From positions 1 to 28,992 of the forward strand of contig MAXM01000004.1 in the NCBI GenBank assembly GCA_001751015.1: a DNA stretch of 28,992 nt. The letters are read 5' to 3'. Positions 25,887 to 28,992 of this stretch are shown one piece after another. A program made the position numbers and the translations under genes. The stretch comes from Desulfobacterales bacterium C00003106 (GTDB lineage: Bacteria > Desulfobacterota > Desulfobacteria > Desulfobacterales > C00003106). Position 1 is the stretch's first letter. The number at the start of each line of letters is the position of its first letter. The notes under the pieces are model-generated. The model was not told the DNA's origin and made no database searches. It saw only the letters and a list, made by a program, of their open reading frames with translations.

Positions 25887-27248
25887 ATGGACAGGGATCC
25901 GACGCTGCAAAAGGTGCCCCCGCAAAGTATCGAGGCGGAACGATCTGTGCTTGGAAGTATTCTCATCGATAATGACATCCTGTACGATGTTATGGATGTT
26001 CTATTAGACGGGGACTTCTACAGAGAAGCTCATTCCAGGATATTCAGGGGGATACTTGGGCTGTCTGACAAGAACGAGCCGGTTGATCTCATCACGCTGA
26101 CAAACATCCTCAAGCAAGAAAACCAGTTGGATGCGGTGGGCGGCGCTGCGTATCTGTCTGAACTCGTTGATCAGGTTCCTGTGGCGGCAAACGCCGCTCA
26201 GTATGCCAAAATCATACGAGAAAAAGCAATCCTTCGCAGTCTTATTTCAACCGCTTCAAAGATTGCTACCCGTTGTTACGAAGACAGCGGTGACGTCGAT
26301 GAAGTCCTCGATTTTGCTGAAAGCGCTGTTTTTGATATATCCGAAAAAAAGATAAACCCTGCGTTCTATCCGTTGAGCAATATTATTACGGAAAGCTTCA
26401 AGATCCTCGAAGATCGATCCGAGCACAAGGAGCTTGTTACCGGCGTGCCGACCGGATTTCACGGTCTTGATTCGTTGACTTCCGGGTTTCAGCCTTCCGA
26501 CCTGATTATTATTGCCGGACGGCCAAGCATGGGGAAGACAGCCTTCGCGTTGAATATTGCTGAAAATACAGCGATAGAACATGGAACTCTGGTTGCTTTT
26601 TTTTCTCTGGAGATGTCTAAAGAACAGCTTGCCATGCGCCTCCTTTGTTCAAGGGCCAAGGTAGATTCCTTCCGGTTGCGTACCGGTTTCATAGATAAGG
26701 AGGGTTGGGGCAAGCTGACCCGCGCAGCAGGGAGTCTGTCAGAAGCATCGATCTATATTGATGATACGCCGTCGATTTCAGTCCTTGAGATACGGGCTAA
26801 GGCGCGCAGGTTAAAAATGGACAAAGACCTGGGACTGGTTGTAATCGATTATCTTCAACTGATGAGAGGTCGATCATCGGCTGAACGGCGTGAACTCGAA
26901 ATTTCCGAGATTTCGCGGTCCCTCAAGGCCCTTGCAAAAGAACTCAATATCCCGGTGGTAGCCCTTTCACAGCTCAATCGTAAGGTGGAAGAGCGTCAGA
27001 ACAAGCGACCAATGCTTTCGGACCTTCGTGAATCAGGCGCCATCGAACAAGACGCTGACATAATCGCGTTTATCTACAGAGATGAGATATACAATAAGGC
27101 AGAAGATAATCCGAATAAAGGTATTGCAGAAATCATTGTGGCAAAACAGAGGAACGGCCCTGTTGGTGTAACAAAACTCGCCTTTCTCAACACATATACG
27201 CGATTTGAGGATCTGGCCCAGGAGATGGCGGAATGGGAACAATCCTGA
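25887..27248 (+). CDS. dnaB: Replicative DNA helicase DnaB (no intein)
   Basis: PPQSIEAERSVLG, AGRPSMGKT, IDYLQL, ALSQLNR, DLRESGAIEQDAD and KQRNGP. Confidence 0.99.
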   Translation: MDRDPTLQKVPPQSIEAERSVLGSILIDNDILYDVMDVLLDGDFYREAHSRIFRGILGLSDKNEPVDLITLTNILKQENQLDAVGGAAYLSELVDQVPVAANAAQYAKIIREKAILRSLISTASKIATRCYEDSGDVDEVLDFAESAVFDISEKKINPAFYPLSNIITESFKILEDRSEHKELVTGVPTGFHGLDSLTSGFQPSDLIIIAGRPSMGKTAFALNIAENTAIEHGTLVAFFSLEMSKEQLAMRLLCSRAKVDSFRLRTGFIDKEGWGKLTRAAGSLSEASIYIDDTPSISVLEIRAKARRLKMDKDLGLVVIDYLQLMRGRSSAERRELEISEISRSLKALAKELNIPVVALSQLNRKVEERQNKRPMLSDLRESGAIEQDADIIAFIYRDEIYNKAEDNPNKGIAEIIVAKQRNGPVGVTKLAFLNTYTRFEDLAQEMAEWEQS

Positions 27249-27251
27249 ATT

Positions 27252-27881
27252 TCAACTGCTCGCCTGCTTGCATACACGCCTGAGAGGGCATATTGCACAT
27301 TCCGGCCTTCTTGCCTTGCACACCTTGCGTCCGTGAAAAATCAATTGCAGTGAGAAATCATTCCACAGCTTCTTCGGAACAATTTCCATGAGATCCGTTT
27401 CGATCTTTGCCGGGCTGGTTTCTTTCGTGAGTCCAAGACGTGAACTTACCCGTTTCACATGAGTATCAACCACGATACCCGGTATGCCAAAGGCGCTTCC
27501 AAGAACAACATTTGCTGTTTTCCTTCCAACCCCGGGAAGCCTTACCAGTTCTTCGAGTCTTTCAGGGACTCTTCCGTTGTGACGGTGGCCGATCGCTGCG
27601 CAGCATCCCTTGATATTCTTCGCCTTGTTCTTGTAAAAACCAGTAGGACGAATTAACGCTTCAAGCTCTGCGAGAGGAATCTCAACAAACTGTCGGCGTG
27701 TCTTGAGTCGCTCAAAAAGCCGTTCCGTGACCTCGTTGACTTTCTCATCTCTGCACTGGGCGGAAAGGATTGTGGCAATAAGAAGCTGCAGCGGATTGCG
27801 GTGCGCGAGAGGGGTCCTGACATCAGGATAGGTCGCCTTTAATATGCGAAGGATCTCGCGGACACGGCTGTTTGCAGTCAT
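27252..27881 (-). CDS. nth: Endonuclease III
   Basis: LIATILSAQ, HhH LPGVGRKTANVVL, VDTHVKR and the 4Fe-4S motif C-x6-C-x2-C-x5-C. An alternative GTG start is at 27893. Confidence 0.96.
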   Translation of the reverse strand: MTANSRVREILRILKATYPDVRTPLAHRNPLQLLIATILSAQCRDEKVNEVTERLFERLKTRRQFVEIPLAELEALIRPTGFYKNKAKNIKGCCAAIGHRHNGRVPERLEELVRLPGVGRKTANVVLGSAFGIPGIVVDTHVKRVSSRLGLTKETSPAKIETDLMEIVPKKLWNDFSLQLIFHGRKVCKARRPECAICPLRRVCKQASS

Positions 27882-27907
27882 TTTCCAGGCCACTCTACGT
27901 AATTGTC

Positions 27908-28918
27908 ATGGCAGACAAAACTCACAAAATCAGGGCAATCGGGCTTTTCTCAGGCGGATTGGACAGTATCCTCGCCGCATTGGTCCTGAAAAGGGCGGGG
28001 ATCGAGGTTGAGTGTATCAGTTTTGAGACCCCTTTCTTCTCCGCGTCAAAGGCCCAGGACGCCTTTGGGGCAACGAGTATCCCGGTACATGTGAGAAACA
28101 TTACAGAACCATATCTGAAGATGCTCAGGAGCCCTCGATTCGGATACGGCAAACACATGAACCCCTGCCTTGACTGTCACGCGCTGATGCTGAAAATCGC
28201 CGGACAGGTAATGGCGGAAAGGGGATTTGACTTCATATTCACGGGTGAAGTCGTTGGTCAGCGTCCCATGTCTCAGACAAAACCTTCGCTTCGATGCACG
28301 GAAAAGGCAGCCGGGCTGGTCGGTTATGTACTCAGACCGCTAAGCGCCAATCTACTTCCGGTCACCATACCCGAAGACAAGGGATGGGTCAATCGTGATG
28401 ATCTGCTTTTTCTTTCCGGTCGTTCCAGAAAACCGCAAATCGCCCTTGCAAAGGAATACGGAATCAGCGAGTACCCCGCTCCCGCAGGAGGGTGTCTCCT
28501 GACGGATGCGACGTTTTCCCGACGACTGAAAGACCTTTTCCTGCACCAGCAGGAATATCTTGTCCGGGACTTTGAACTGCTCAAGACCGGCAGGCACTTT
28601 CGATTAACGGAAAAGCATAAGATCGTAGTTGGACGTACCCAACAGGATAATCACAAAATAGAAGAGCTTCTCTTTCAGAAAGATGGATTTGAGAAAGGAG
28701 ATGTTATCCTCAAGGTCTCCGGTTTTCCCGGACCTGTCGGCCTGATTCCACGCGGAGCCGACAAAGAGATCATATACAAGGGCGCTGCGATTTGCGCCGC
28801 TTACAGCAAGGCGGACAAGGATACAAAGACAAACGTCACAGTGAGGACGAACGGACGCACGGAATCCGTCACTGTTATCAGCCATCTGCCGGAGAGATAC
28901 AGACAGCAGATGATTTGA
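27908..28918 (+). CDS. ThiI/MnmA-like PP-loop protein (putative tRNA thiolation enzyme), no N-terminal THUMP domain
   Basis: N-terminal LFSGGLDS, NPCLDCH, TGEVVGQRPMSQ, PAGGCLLTD and GRHFRL. The exact activity cannot be assigned from sequence. Confidence 0.75.
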   Translation: MADKTHKIRAIGLFSGGLDSILAALVLKRAGIEVECISFETPFFSASKAQDAFGATSIPVHVRNITEPYLKMLRSPRFGYGKHMNPCLDCHALMLKIAGQVMAERGFDFIFTGEVVGQRPMSQTKPSLRCTEKAAGLVGYVLRPLSANLLPVTIPEDKGWVNRDDLLFLSGRSRKPQIALAKEYGISEYPAPAGGCLLTDATFSRRLKDLFLHQQEYLVRDFELLKTGRHFRLTEKHKIVVGRTQQDNHKIEELLFQKDGFEKGDVILKVSGFPGPVGLIPRGADKEIIYKGAAICAAYSKADKDTKTNVTVRTNGRTESVTVISHLPERYRQQMI

Positions 28919-28934
28919 CAATGTGTATACCTAA

Positions 28935-28992
28935 GGAACGGGGACGACATAACTTCCGCAACTATGCATCACAGCTTCAGGCCACCTTTGCC
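28935..28992. mobile_element. MITE family B copy, truncated by the window edge
   Basis: TAA (28932-34) then GGAACGGGGACGACATAACTTCCGCAACTAT; 30/31 identical to the reverse complement of 4181-4211. Confidence 0.8.

Overview
This ~50% GC window is almost entirely housekeeping DNA. Gene order suggests a deltaproteobacterial (Desulfobacterota-like) anaerobe, which is an inference. From left to right it holds: the 3' end of a probable DUF39/homocysteine-biosynthesis sulfurtransferase gene, larE-like, lepB, pyrB-pyrC, an orphan sigma54 (NtrC/PilR-like) response regulator, and a convergent cold-shock gene. Next is a complete dcw cluster on the minus strand (mraZ-rsmH-ftsL-ftsI-murE-murF-mraY-murD-ftsW-murG-murC-murB-ftsQ-ftsA-ftsZ, no ddl). 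After that come the divergent rpsF-rpsR-yybS(DUF2232)-rplI-dnaB operon, nth, and a ThiI/MnmA-like PP-loop gene. I saw no rRNA, tRNA, CRISPR array, transposase or integrase. The unexplained signal is in the intergenic DNA. There are two families of short non-coding elements with terminal inverted repeats: family A (120 bp, TA flanks) and family B (97 bp, TAA flanks). One locus has A nested inside B. Upstream of rpsF, a 7-bp-period array sits next to a 10-bp-period array. Other points of note are a probable slippage/read-through site in a G-rich tract before larE, a doubled FtsZ C-terminal motif, MraZ boxes on both strands, and an rpsF leader that contains part of the family-B end. All alignments and counts were done by eye; no databases were searched.
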